Notes: generated from the letters alone by a model not told the origin. DNA of 63,998 bases, filler included, from Bonamia ostreae (GCA_040357525.1; 4 parts of 4 records of this genome joined end to end with filler, not necessarily neighbours in it); one strand, 5' to 3'. Shown: positions 1 through 12,430, counted from the first letter of the whole stretch. Made by a program: numbers and translations.

Positions 1-143
1 AATTTTTCTTGTTGAATTTTAATTTAAAATTTTTTTGGCGCTTTCAGTATGAAGATTTTTAATTGTAACAAAATTTACTTCGGTAAATAATAATGCAGTA
101 CTCTTAAACAAAACTAGTATCTTGTAAATCAACCGGATTAAAA

Positions 144-525
144 ATGGCAGAAGAAACGAAGGATATCGAAAAAAGCTTAAGTGAAAAAATAAAGCCGATC
201 GATCTTCGCGGGAAACCGGAAATCGAGAAGAAATATACAGATTATCTCAAATCAGGAACACTTTATGCCTTATTTCTCATCTGGTATTATTCATTGGGGA
301 TAGGAATGTCTGTAGCGATGTACGTCGCAGTGAAAAGCACAAAAAACGTCGGTTTGGTCATAATGTTTGCCGTTTTCTGTCTTTTCATTTTCTTCGTAGT
401 TTTCTTTATTGTTCATGGAATGCTCTATTCAAAGCCAAAAGAGTTAAAAATTGTCGTTGAGTTGAGGTTACAAAATATAAATTTTTAGTGAAGAAGAGTT
501 GGTCGAAAAGTCTTTGGCCATGTGA
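144..525 (+). CDS. Small hypothetical membrane protein (2 TM)
   Basis: ORF 144-488 has two hydrophobic stretches. A predicted 22-nt GT-AG intron (467-488) gives the C-terminus SEEELVEKSLAM*. Confidence 0.55.
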
Positions 526-731
526 AGTAAATTGCTTTCTAATATGTTAAATTAAGTTTATATCTTTCTTATTATATCTTCGATTTTGATCTACGATTTC
601 GAAATTATAAAATTAAGTAAATTTTAATCAACGAACGTTTTTCATTTTATACAAAATGTTGTTAAGTGGTAAAACATTAAGTTGCATTTTGTGACATAAA
701 GAAATTTTATCTTTACTTATATTTCTTTATT

Positions 732-779
732 CAGAGCTTCACCAACTCTTTTACGCCCGGGGTATCCAGAGCTTCACCA
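732..779. repeat. 13-bp direct repeat CAGAGCTTCACCA x2 with a 22-nt spacer
   Basis: Exact copies at 732-744 and 767-779. Confidence 0.8.
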
Positions 780-1075
780 GTTTTATCTACGAAAGATTAT
801 CATCTTTTTAGATTAATGCAAAACGTATTAGATAAAAAATTCCAAAATAAATAGATTTAGAATATTTTAGTTATTTTTGCTTGGAAAAGTGTAGCAGAAT
901 ATTGTAGATAGAGAAGGAAATACAATATAGTTCAAAAATTATTCTATTTGAGTGATATATTGCAGATATAGGAGCGCAGAAGGAAAAATAAATTTTCTTG
1001 AATCACATTGAAAAAAATTTTCTTTACAAATTACTGAAGAACTATTTTAAGCTTTGTCGATATAGATTATTTGAG

Positions 1076-1405
1076 ATGGCGAATGACAAAAAACGCAAAA
1101 GAAAATCAAAGAGGAAAAGAAAGAAAGAGAGAGAAAAAGAAGAAAAAGCCAAAAAAGTTATAGCGAAAATTGAGGTTATCGAACAAAGAGGCAACAATAA
1201 AGAATTGAGCGAATTAGAAAATGCGCTGAAAAAGCAAAACGAAATGATGAAAAAAATGGGGCTGCCCGTTTCATTTGAAAGTACAAAAGGAAAAGAAGTG
1301 CCGGAAGCGAACGCTTCTGCGGTCAGACTTCGGAGCAAAAGACGATATCGCCAGTACATGAACAATAAAGGCGGCTTCAATAGAAATCTCGCTCCTTCTT
1401 TTTAA
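1076..1405 (+). CDS. SNRNP27: U4/U6.U5 tri-snRNP 27 kDa protein (DUF1777)
   Basis: C-terminus MMKKMGLPVSFESTKGK...KRRYRQYMNNKGGFNRNL matches the family signature. First ATG is at 1076. Confidence 0.9.
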   Translation: MANDKKRKRKSKRKRKKEREKEEKAKKVIAKIEVIEQRGNNKELSELENALKKQNEMMKKMGLPVSFESTKGKEVPEANASAVRLRSKRRYRQYMNNKGGFNRNLAPSF

Positions 1406-1744
1406 ATAGATAAATATTCTGGAAATTTTACGCATTTTTAGTAGAAAAATATTCTCATACATTTTGTAAAAAAACTCGCCATTTTTTGTTAAATAATCCC
1501 CTCATTGCATTGAACTGACAAAAATAACTTTTTTAGAATAAATATAAAGGTTTGTCAAATCTCGCCATTTTGCATTTTTCTTTTGTGGGCAGAAAAAATG
1601 CTCAAATCTTTGCAATTTTGTGGTCNNNNNNNNNNAACCATTTCTAGATAAGATTTACAATTTTAGCATTTGTAGTTGAAGTTTCTATTAATTGGCAATA
1701 TTAAAGTCAAAATTTTTAGTAATGAAAATTAAATTGAGCGTTTA

Positions 1745-3258
1745 TTAGAATAAGCTGGCGAGCTTCGATACTTCATTCGGGTTCTTGTTGGACAGAACTT
1801 CCAATCGCTTAATTGTTTTAGTGTCAGAGTTCTGCAGAACTCCGACGTTCTGTAAATGTTCAGTCCATTTTTCGAACTCTTCTTTTGAGTAAGTTTCTGG
1901 TATTTGGAATGTTTCAGCCGAATCCGGGGGCGAGTAGTCTTTTTTCCGGTTGGAATTTGCAATGACCGTTAAGCCGTTCTTCAGACTATTGTCGTAAATA
2001 AATGGCGTGAATGCGTCCACTACAGAAAGTTGTTCGGCTTCAAGTTTTTTGAAATCTGGATCTCTGAACGTTGACATTCCAGTCCAGAAATCGACGTTGT
2101 CGATCGTCACGAGCACCTTCAAACTTTAGATGACTCAAAAAACTTTTCGCACTGACTAATTTCCTCCAAAAAATCGTATAGCAGCTCAGCTGGATTAACG
2201 CAACTGTTTCCGGCGCCGAAAGAGGCCATGTCGTAAAGAGAGTTGCTTGCTCCTCCGTTGAATCCTGTTTCTCGGTCCAAACTCAAATGTTCTTTAATGT
2301 TTTCTTTGAGCTTTTCGGCGGCCTTTTGGCGCTCTTTGTCTTCCGAAATTTCAGCTTTTAGACTTTTTTCTTGTTGTTCCACCATTTTTTCGTAATCTTC
2401 TGGGCTCAGTTCGGTCTCAGATTTCTCTTCGTCTTTGTTTTGGCTTTCGCTTTCTTCCTTTTCTTCTGGGACAAAGTTTGATTTGTACTCTTTTTTCAGA
2501 TTTTCCGTCTTCAGCTTTTCCGCTTGCGTGTGCAAAATGTCTCTGAAAAAAGTCCGGGCCACTTCGACTTGGTAGAATGTTTCTTCTCTTTCTTTGGCGC
2601 GCATAATTTGCCCGGAGTAATTGGAGATTTTCTCCGCGAACGGAAAGTTGATCCACAGCCAGTTGTGTTCCAATGCGAACATCCCCAAATAGTTCAACGA
2701 CAGCGACTTCCCGCTTCCTTTTGAACCAGACAAAAACACTGTTTTCGAATAGTTTCCGGCACTGCGCAATTTTTCCGACAAACTTAACATGTGCTCGCGG
2801 AGAAGAATCGCCGGGAAGCCGTTTCTAGCAAGAATTTCTTGAGTTAAATTGCAAAAACTTTCAATTTTGCCACCAAATTCGCCGGATATCATCTCTCGAT
2901 TGAACAAAAATACTTTCCCCGCGTCTGTCGAAGCGTGTTCGCTCTAAAACGTTTTGATGGAAACAGTTAAAATCGGAGCCAGTTTCTCTTTGTTTTCCGG
3001 GTTTTGTGTGTATGTATATAATCGAGAAGCGTCTTCAAACAGCTTTTCGATAAGTTCGGTATTCTTTGACAAAAACTTTTTCGGGAATCCGATTTTTCCG
3101 AGAAGATTTTTTCTTTCGATTAGTGCTTTATTGGCGATGGGGAAAATCCTGTTTGTCAATCTCGTTTCCGGCAATGATTTCGCCGACATCGATTTGGAAT
3201 TAAAAGTGATCAAGCTGTTGTTTAAAGCTCTGTTCCATTTTTTCTGACTGGCAAACAT
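1745..3258 (-). CDS. DAP3: Mitochondrial small-subunit ribosomal protein mS29/DAP3
   Basis: P-loop GSKGSGKS, FALEHNW, KVLVTIDNVD and the C-terminal LSNKNPNEV. Three ORF pieces join via 21-nt and 20-nt GT-AG introns. Confidence 0.8.
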
Positions 3259-3403
3259 AAAGGAACGCGATATAATTTCTGCTCAGAAATATATGAAGCA
3301 AAAGTAAATTTCGGATATTCTCCGTTCGTTATCGTAAATACAAACCTTATATTAAATCACAACAAACATAATAAATAATAAGCTTTAACAATAAATTTGC
3401 TAA

Positions 3404-4436
3404 ATGGCCGGCGGCGACAAAACGAATGTATTGTCCGAAATGAAATGCGAGAAAATGTTTGGGATCAAAGAAAAGGTTCTTGTCTACTTCAAAGGGGCAC
3501 TCTACGATGCACGGATTCTAAAAAAGAACGGAGACAAAAGATTTAAGGTCCATTATCTGGGTTGGAATAAGCGTTGGGATGAAAATGTGGACGTTTCAAG
3601 AATATTCCCATTTGAAAAAGAGTTCGAAGAGATTAGAGACAAAATTGAAAAAGGGCAGATCCCGTTACAAAAAGAAATCGGAATTGGCAGAACGAAAAAT
3701 AAAAAACTGGAGAAAAAATCTGCTTTTTCACACATAAACAGAGAAAGAAGAAGTAATGTGCTGTACAACAAAGAGGATAAAAAGATTTCGAATTTGAGCG
3801 AAGAAAAGAGGAAAACGACCATTGAAACACAGAAAAGCGAAATAACAGATGTCCTTAGACAAATGGACAGTAACAAAGATAAAAAACAAAATGTTGAAAA
3901 AAGAAAAAAACCAAATGGCGAAAGTCTGAAAAACTTTGGTCACCCAAGTCGCTCGCTTGCGTCCATAAAAAGTATCAGAGAAGCCCACATTACTTTCTCT
4001 CCGGTTTTTAGGCGGATAGTTGGAAGCGATTTTGTGCGCGCTGGCGAAAAGCAAGCTCCACACTTTCCCGCAAACGCTTTCACCGTTTCGTCTCTTTTGG
4101 AAAGAACGAATTTGAATAGAGAGCAAAAAAAAGAACTGGCAAATCTGTTCGACCAGTTAATGCCGGAAATGCTGCTTTTTGACTTTGAAAAAAAAATTTA
4201 CTTGAGAGAAGCAGCCGCACTGAATTTCAAGGCGAGCCAAGTTTACGGCGTGACGCACTTGTTTCGTCTCTTAGGTTTGCTTGTAATTCTTAGTGCTGAT
4301 ATCCACTTCTTTGTCGGCACTCTCTTCGACCGAGAAAATAGAGTTGATTTCCTTTCTTCGTAAAGTCGACAAAGAGCTCGTCGACGTATTGTGCTCAAGC
4401 GACGATTTCGAACTTTGTTATAGAGACATTAAATAA
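3404..4436 (+). CDS. MRG15/Eaf3-family chromodomain + MRG domain protein
   Basis: Chromo-barrel LYDARIL..FKVHYLGWNKRWDENV and MRG motif ASQVYGVTHLFRL. A 19-nt intron (4275-4293) restores HLFRLLV. Confidence 0.85.
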
Positions 4437-4970
4437 ATTTTAGATGTTTCTTTAGTTTACGAATTTTAGCGGCAAATTTGCCATTTTTGCAAAATATCTC
4501 CACTTTGTTCGATTGAATGATATTTCTAGTTCGAGCTCTCTCCTTCATTTCCGAAGATTTGCGTTTTTGGATTGTTCCGCTAAAGATAAATTATTGCCAT
4601 TGTTTATTTGAACTTTTGAATCTAATTGTGATGAATAAACTGAGTAAGTACATTATTATTAATTTTATTGTTTCGAAATCATCTTTATACGATAGCAGAT
4701 CTTTGCTTTAATTTCCCGTTCTTCGTTTAAACAACTTTTCATCGTTTAAACAAACTTTCTGTTAAAAGAATTGCGATAATTTTCAATTTTCTTATTGGAT
4801 TTTTCAAATTGACAGAAGATTGAAGAGATAAATATTAAATTTTTTGAATTGTTTGAAGAGATTAAATTGGAACAGAAATCAAATTGTTTGTAGAGATAAT
4901 ATGCGATAAATATTTTCCAATTATCTTCTCGACTAAACATCAAAGATCCAAAGGAAGCTTGAACCAACGG

Positions 4971-5516
4971 ATGACCAGTGTAATTTTTAATTAATTTAAA
5001 GGAAAATCTAATCAGTTCCATTTTTAACTTTTAGATCTCCAAAACTCGCTCTTCAATTTGTCAGAAGCGGCGACCTGCCCCTGCACAGTCCGGCCAGGCA
5101 CCAGACTCCCCGACTCCACTTTCGCGGGACTTGCTCCGGTCTCGCCTTACGACGAAATCGGGTCGATCCTCCGCTCCCTGAAGAGTCGGCCGCCAGCTCC
5201 AAACCCTCCGCGCAAGCGCGGGTGCAACTTTTTCCCCTATTGCGAAAAGCTGTGTCCTCCTTGCAAGCGCAGGGGCCGTCGCAAAAAGAAGAAGTATATT
5301 TGGTGCGAAAAAATGAGCAGTTCTTCGAGATGCGGCAAACGGCGCTCTTCTCAAAGACTGTCTTGCGACAAGTACAATTGCCCGAGTGACTATGACCAGA
5401 ATTTTCCGTCGGATGTCTGCTACAGCGATCTCTGCGACTCTTGCAAGCACAGCTATAAAAAGTCGTACGGGTCCAATTACAAAAGACGTAGGCGGTACAC
5501 GGAAACTTCTGATTAA
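4971..5516 (+). CDS. Cys/Arg/Ser-rich basic hypothetical protein
   Basis: The GC-rich ORF 5058-5516 lacks an ATG. It joins ATG 4971 in frame via introns 4980-5001 and 5015-5034 around a 13-nt micro-exon. The true start may be further upstream. Confidence 0.55.
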
Positions 5517-5676
5517 ATTTCTGAGAATATAATTTTAGTTCCTAATTAAATTACCTTTTGTGCAGGAAAAATGCCAAATTAGTTAACAAAATATCAGAAC
5601 ACCACAGCAAAAAGTTAAATTATTAAACTTAAAATTTTTCGCGCAGTTTTACAGAAATCAGATAAAATATTCGAAA

Positions 5677-6435
5677 ATGGACGATATAAATGCAGAAATT
5701 GAGCAACATCTGAAATCGAAAGAGGATACCGGTAAAATAGTGGTACAACAACCTTTGCACCCGCTGGAGCTTGCAATATTGTATTCAAATAGAAGCAAAA
5801 ATAAACAAACGAAGACAACTTTATTCGAAACTTACAACAACAACATTTCTCAATTCGGATATGAAGAAAAGATGTCGAAAAAAGTGAAAACTGACGAAAA
5901 TCCAAATTTCGATAAAAGAGACGAAAAATTTCGAGCTTGCACTAGAATTCATTTTGAAGGCATTTTTAAGGAAGGGCAAGAAAACGAACATTGTTGGCTC
6001 GCTCTTCTCGGTGCAGACAGTCTCCGAACTAAAGAAAACTTGCTTTGGAAATGCAAATGGTGCGACGCTTTCATTGGATACGCAAAAACTAAGAGCAAAA
6101 ACACCGAAACTGAGTTCCCTGAAACAAGTGCCCAAAAAACTACAAAGAAAAATGGCTTCAAAAGACGACTAGCCGAAGCAAATGAATTGCAGGGATATGT
6201 CTTCAAGACCTGTTCCAACGAAAACACTTATTACTCTGCTTCGATCGAAAAAGAACAAGAAGGACAGAAAAGTTTTTGTGCCTCGAAATTGGAAGATTTG
6301 ACAGAAAAGGATAAAAAGAACTTTCTGCGAAAATTTTTTCCTTCCGTCGCTTTGGAAATCAAAGAGACGGAAGGAGAAATCGATCTTGTCAGAGCAGTAC
6401 AAAATGCACATAATTCAGTAAACAACAATTTATAA
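5677..6435 (+). CDS. Hypothetical protein with CxxC (WKCKWCD)
   Basis: 252-aa ATG-initiated ORF; family not recognised. Confidence 0.6.
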   Translation: MDDINAEIEQHLKSKEDTGKIVVQQPLHPLELAILYSNRSKNKQTKTTLFETYNNNISQFGYEEKMSKKVKTDENPNFDKRDEKFRACTRIHFEGIFKEGQENEHCWLALLGADSLRTKENLLWKCKWCDAFIGYAKTKSKNTETEFPETSAQKTTKKNGFKRRLAEANELQGYVFKTCSNENTYYSASIEKEQEGQKSFCASKLEDLTEKDKKNFLRKFFPSVALEIKETEGEIDLVRAVQNAHNSVNNNL

Positions 6436-6449
6436 AAATTGCGGCTATT

Positions 6450-6790
6450 TCATCGTTGCGAGAAAATGCCTTTTTGCACTCTTTTCAGGGCGTTTTCGAA
6501 GGATTCTTCTTTTTCACATTGCGAACTGTTGTTCGGCTTCCATTCTGCGCGCGCTTTGCACATTATTTTGATCTTGAGTAGAAACTTATTGTGACCACTG
6601 TCCATTAGATCGCCCGAGAGAACGATCAGCAACGTGCTCCTTGCACGCTTCATTAATTCGCGCAATCGCTTCATCCATTTCGGAAGCTGGGCGGTTGTCT
6701 TTTTTGCCGAAGCTATCGATGGAAACCCAGCAAAAGCCGTCTTTCTTCGTTAGAATTTTTTCGGTCAAAGCAACCGCGTTTTCAATGTCT
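6450..6790 (-). pseudogene. Possible frameshifted coding remnant, weakly like the C-terminus of Rex1/REXO RNA exonucleases
   Basis: Two overlapping ORFs (MDEAIARINEACKEH / TLLIVLSGD...FENALKRVQKGIF) join only with a frameshift; stops lie upstream. Confidence 0.25.
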
Positions 6791-7194
6791 TAGCAAACGT
6801 ACTCAGATAGCTGCTTTAAGCTGTTATAAAAGACCAATTTTATTCGAATCGACGCACGTTAATGTTGCACTTATTCCGCATACACAACAATCGCGCTCTC
6901 TTTTGTTTTTTGTTTATAATATTTTTGATCCAAGATTTACCTATTTTTTATGTGACAAACGATTTGCTTTAATCAAACAACTGTGTTGTAACATTAATTT
7001 ATTTTTATTAGACTGGGATATATCATCTCATATATTCATTATCTAATTATAATTCTAATAAGTTTTTAATTTTTGAGATTACGACTCCAATGCAAAAAAT
7101 CTTGCTACAGATACAAGAATATAAAAAAGATAATCTTAAAGTCATTTCTGAGCGATGATAGACTTTCACCAGAAAAAGAGAAAAAATAGATGAA

Positions 7195-8535
7195 ACAGTT
7201 TATTGAAGATCAATAAAACAATTCTCTCGATCGATCATCAGTTAAAGTTTTGGCTTTAATAACATTTAAAACCATGATTTAGCAAAGAAGCGCAGCAGCA
7301 AAAACTTAAGCATGAAATAATAACGTTAATCGCTTTTCCAGATTGTAGAAATTCCGCCAAACTCCTAAAAGTCTCAATCACGGAATCTTGTAATGTCATA
7401 AACAAAACGAATGCATGTCATTTCTTTGTGGCCGTCAATTACAGAGGAGAGCTCACTTATGAAATATCTGTGATCAATAACTGAAGCGTTGTCTTTAAGT
7501 TGGGACAAACATATCATCAATGCATCACGATCACTTTCGATTAATAACTTGTGATCTCTGTTTGAAAAAATTTTGATGTTTTGGACAACATCTTTTACTA
7601 TTGCCAATCCCCGGTATTTTTTGTAGTATAAATGCGAGGATGGTTGGAATTTTCGGGTTTTAACTCTCTTGACTCCACATACCGCCAATTCGCTTTCCAC
7701 TAAGTCTTGTTCCTCTTGTCCGATCGTTTTCTGTTTTTTCTGAAGTGCTAATTTTGCCTCGTCGAAAATATCCTTTGCGTGCACAGAAAGTTGATGGGCG
7801 GCTTTGATGCTATTCAAATAAGCTTCACGAGACCCATCTGGCGTAAAAATACCATGTCGCGCTTCGAGTGCTACGACTAATTTGATAAAAATTAACCTGA
7901 GTTGCAAAGAATATCAATGACCACATTTTTGCTAATTAGCTCAAATTTTTCTTTGGATTTGCTGTTCGGGAAAAAATGAATTTTGGGAACATAAATGGCA
8001 CTTTGAGTATTAAGCATTTTCAGGAGATTGTTCAAGAAAATTGGTTTTGGGCCATTTTCTACAAACTGAACGATTGTGAAATTTGTGGATCCTCCCATTG
8101 TTTTAGATGCGCGCTGAAATGAGGACATTAATTTGTTTATAACGGAATCACTGATAGGCGAATTGCACAATTGAAGTGCTAATTAAATAATGGCAAAAAC
8201 TCAGTTTGTAGATTTTTTTATAAGTGGGAAACAGCTCTATCAGATCGCCTGATAATTTTCTAAGAGCATCATTAAAATCAAAAGGAGATTGATTTAAATT
8301 GACAAACGTATCGGGTTCTGTCCCTTTCATATTGGGTTCGAAAAGAAAAGTATTTAAATCCAAAAATAAAATTTCACGGTATTGCCCGTTATTGAAGAAA
8401 AAATCATGCAAATGTTTGAATATTCCGGGAATGTCGCATACTCTGTGACGGGATCGAATTTTGGCAACTTTAATATTATTTAAAACCCAATTCACATGAA
8501 TTTTTCATAGATTTTGTAACAAATTCGTTTTCCAT
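7195..8535 (-). CDS. Orphan tandem family, paralog A (3' end approximate)
   Basis: ORF pieces join through 19-, 22-, 20- and 22-nt GT-AG introns. N-terminal motif IR-x14-LHDFFFNNG. Confidence 0.65.
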
Positions 8536-8591
8536 TTTTCTCTGGTTTAGTCGATTTTTTAATTTTATTATATAATAAAACTTCCGGAATG

Positions 8592-8631
8592 CGGTCTAGT
8601 GGTTGATTTTTTTCTTGGGTTCAAATCCTAG
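8592..8631 (+). promoter_or_regulatory. tRNA-like Pol III A-box/B-box element lacking an anticodon arm
   Basis: CGGTCTAGTGG (A-box-like, 8592-8602) and GGTTCAAATCC (B-box, 8618-8628) within a T-arm-like hairpin TTGGG-TTCAAAT-CCTAG. Only 15 nt, including a T7 run, separate the boxes. Confidence 0.5.
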
Positions 8632-8899
8632 TGTCAGTGTTTATACAACCTCAGAAGGATCACGAAAAGGATAACTTGAAAGGATCATTTTATATTAATA
8701 CTCGAAAGGATTGCAAATACTGTTTTGTCCATTTTAGATAAATCGCCAGAAAAAATTAAAAAAATGTGGTACATTGCAGAAATTACTAAAAAATGTAAAA
8801 TTATGAAGAGAAAGAGACAAAAAAGTTAATAATATTTGACCAAAATTATATAATTATGATTTAATCAGTTAATAATTTAACAAACTGGAGTATCTCAAT

Positions 8900-10202
8900 A
8901 ATTCGTTTGCTTAATTTAATTTCTAATTAAACCTTTGACTTCTAAACTAAAGCATTGTCTCTCAGAACAATTATTTTCGGGTATTTTAGTCATCAAATCA
9001 TCATCCAAGATAACAACAAAATAAAAGAATATTTGTTGTGCATGGTCTTTTTGTACTTAAATAAAAAAACATATGCATGTTTTTCTCCGCAAGTCTTTGT
9101 ATTTTTCATGCAAAGTTTTAGCCAAACTTGGTAAATCAAAATTTTCTCTATCATCTTTTATAACCCTTAAATTTGTTCTTAGCAAGTCATTGTAGCTGAT
9201 TGGGATCGGTTGATGGTCAGATCTAAAGACAATTTCGATATCCTTTAACAGATTTTGAAGCTTCATGCCATTTTTTAGCGCTTTGTAATAGAAGGCATTT
9301 TCTACGGCTGCTTTAATAAATTGTTCAAAACAATGATTTGAGAGAGTTATCAACGACATTCTTAAACAACATTGCATAAGAGCTTTGAAATTTTTTAAAT
9401 ACAATTCGGCCAAGTAAACGGGCGGAGTCAAACGTTTTCTTTCAAAATTTTCGATCTGACTAGCTTAAAATTAGAATAAAAACACAAAGAAGAACAAAAC
9501 GTGTTGTTTATAGACAGCACTTTATAAATGTTATAAATAAAACAGTAATTCATAAGATTTGCGGATTGTTTTTCTTCGACTTCGTATAAAGTTGTGAATG
9601 GTAGATATTTAGCATTTTGGTTGTTCATGGCCATTTGCAAGGTATTGAAGACGACACTGAAAAAACAATCCTCCTTTAAGCACACGACTGTACAATCTGG
9701 AGCACGTCCTAGTGTTGCCGTTAGCTTAGAATATAATGCGAATAGTTCTTTTACTTTATTCAAAGAGTCGTTTCCTTTCAGAATGATTTCGATTTCTTAG
9801 AATTTTAAACAAAAACTTTTTTTGTAAATTTCACTTTCCAATTTAGAAGCTTCGATCAATTTTAATTTGTCTTGATCAATTAAAGAGTCCACTTTTCTGC
9901 TTTCTGGAGCAATTCCAGCAGACATTAGTCTTGCTATACCATGGCTGCTTGCTACAGGTTGTAGCTTCGGAAATTGTACTCTATTCGGGTGATTAAATAT
10001 CTCGTCCACGAAAACGACGAAACTAATAGATTTTAGATCTCCATTATTGATTAAGTAGTCGTGAAGAGCTCTCATCAGTTTTGGAAAATTTCCTTCGGCG
10101 TAAAATTTTCTTATGTCAAGCACTTTAATGTTTAACTTTCAAACGAATATGTTTTGTCAAACTCAATGAGCTGTCGTTAAAGGCTCTAACCTTTTGATGC
10201 AT
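8900..10202 (-). CDS. Orphan tandem family, paralog B (3' end approximate)
   Basis: ATG 10202, 22-nt intron 10123-10144, motif IR-x14-LHDYLINNG. Downstream ORFs 9797-10123, 9428-9763 and 9057-9431. Confidence 0.65.
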
Positions 10203-10429
10203 TCTAATTCTTTCAATTAAGCAATATAAAGTAAATATGATACAAGCCAACACTAATTTGTATTTGATAACTATTTACGTTTTATTTCGAGACTAATAAA
10301 TACTGTTCCACTTTATCGCAAAACATTGAAGAAATGATTTTTGAAATTTTATCGCAAATGTAAATCATTAAATCTAACAAACTCATTCGCAAATATATTT
10401 CGGCACATACAAAAATTTCAATAAAGGTT

Positions 10430-12430
10430 TATTCAAATCTCTCCACTTTCTGTTCTATTCGTTCTTTGTAGACAAGGCGAAGAATCTTCGTTTTCAAAGA
10501 TAAAGTTTATTGAAAGTTCTCTTAATAATTGAACCTGAAATTTTATCCAAATCAGAGGAAGATTTTGATACCTCTCGGCAAAATATTTGAATAATGTAGT
10601 TAGAACACCAAATGTATTTCTATTTTTGGTGGAACAGTCATTTTGATGCTTATGAGTTATTTAGTAGATGATTATCTAATTCCTTCTAATTTTTGGTTTA
10701 AATAATATTTGTTTATCCACGAAAATATTTGTATTTTAAGACAAAAAAGCATATTTTGAAAAACGGAAAATCTAACAGGGAAATTTTCCAACATGAGAAT
10801 TTGCTTTTTAATAACGAATTTATAAAAATAAGAAATAAAAATGTTTATTCGAGATTTAGTAATAAATCACATTTGCATTTTTTTGTATAATATCATAAAC
10901 TTTTTGATGAATAATTGTTAAAACTTATTGTGTTCAATTCGTTACAAATTTCGCAATTTTCTGTGCAAACGAAAGTACCAAGATGATAAAATTGTTTTCC
11001 GGATAAATATAATAAAAAATCGTTCAATTTTCTAATATTCGTTCCTATTTCTATTATTTTAAAAACTTTTACACTTGTCCAAGTATAAATTGTCATGCAA
11101 CATAAGAAAAGACTTTGAAGCTTCAGTGGCTCTTATACATTCCATGCACGCACTTAATCTCCAAAAACAGTTCTTCAACTCTTTCATAAAAGCTTCGGAA
11201 AAATATTCTTTTTCCTTGGAGTAGAATTCAGTACTTTTGATTAGATCGCTCAGGACAATATCAGCAATCTTTTTCTTTGTGTTAAATGCATACTCCTTTA
11301 TAAACAACGACAAATCGTTATTTTCAACTAATTCTAATACTCTGTGTACATAGTTTATTGTTTCCAAATCGACCTCACTGACCAATTTTGATGGTGAACG
11401 ATTTTCGTCTAGTTCCACATAAAAATCATCATAAGATAATTTTGTTAGATTTGATTGCAAAAATGCAATTAAATCTTTTACGATGTTTTTATGTTGCTCT
11501 TCGGTGGGTTTATGTGTTTCGAAAAATTTTACTACAGGTAACAATGCAAACTTTTATTTTTGAAAATATATTCTGTAAATTTTGCCACTTTAAATTTTGT
11601 TAAAAAACTTTCATTTTTAAGAAATTGATAGTTGTATGGATCAAAACCATAAATTTTGGGACAATAATAACATCTCCCATGATTTACGCTTTTCAAAACG
11701 CAATTGCTTACGTTAAAAAAAATACTTACTTCCGAAAACTTGATTAGAGTAAATTCCGGAGGACCGTTAAACAGTGTCTCTAACTCTTCAAACTCTTTTG
11801 CCAGATCTATAACATCATCGAATTTTTTTCCACGAATAATTTTGGTAACTTTGTATTATAATTATGAGCACCTCATGACAATATAGAACAAGTAACTGAT
11901 GATTCGCAAAAAAACGCAAAGCATTGTTATAAAACTTTTTTTTCTCATTCTATCATATTTATCCTTGTTTTTGACCAAAATCGGAATATTATCTCTGACA
12001 AATTTTTCTCTTTTTGCTTTTTCAACAGTGTCCTTTTCATTTTGGTATTTCTCATCTGAACTGTCATAACTTTTCTCTGGAACAGTAAAAGATTCAAATT
12101 CATCAACATATTCGAAAGACTCGTCTTCAGAAGAACTAATTTGGATTTGGATATCAGAAATTGGCGTTTTATTATATTCAGCCATAAATATGTTTTTAAT
12201 AAAGTTTATCTCGTCTTTAATCGACGAAAGTTCGCCTCCATTGTATAAAAAATCGTGTAAAAGCTTAAAAAGTGTATTCATATTCTTTTTGCGATATTGT
12301 TTTTTTATTTTTTTGGCTTTAATTTAAAATAATAACTTAAATTAGTGCAAATAGTAAAGTATTTTGATGCGAATCTATTAATCTCGTCAAATTCTGTTTT
12401 AACTATGCGAGTCCTTGTTTTGCTGGCCAT
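10430..12430 (-). CDS. Orphan tandem family, paralog C (3' end approximate)
   Basis: ATG 12430, 20-nt intron 12317-12336, motif IK-x14-LHDFLYNGG. Downstream ORFs 11862-12281, 11059-11544 and 10893-11096. Confidence 0.6.

Noticed and set aside
7374-12281. Endogenous virus or mobile element made of stacked orphan ORFs
   Set aside because: The ORFs join through host-type micro-introns into three paralogous genes, and no viral or transposase motifs were seen.
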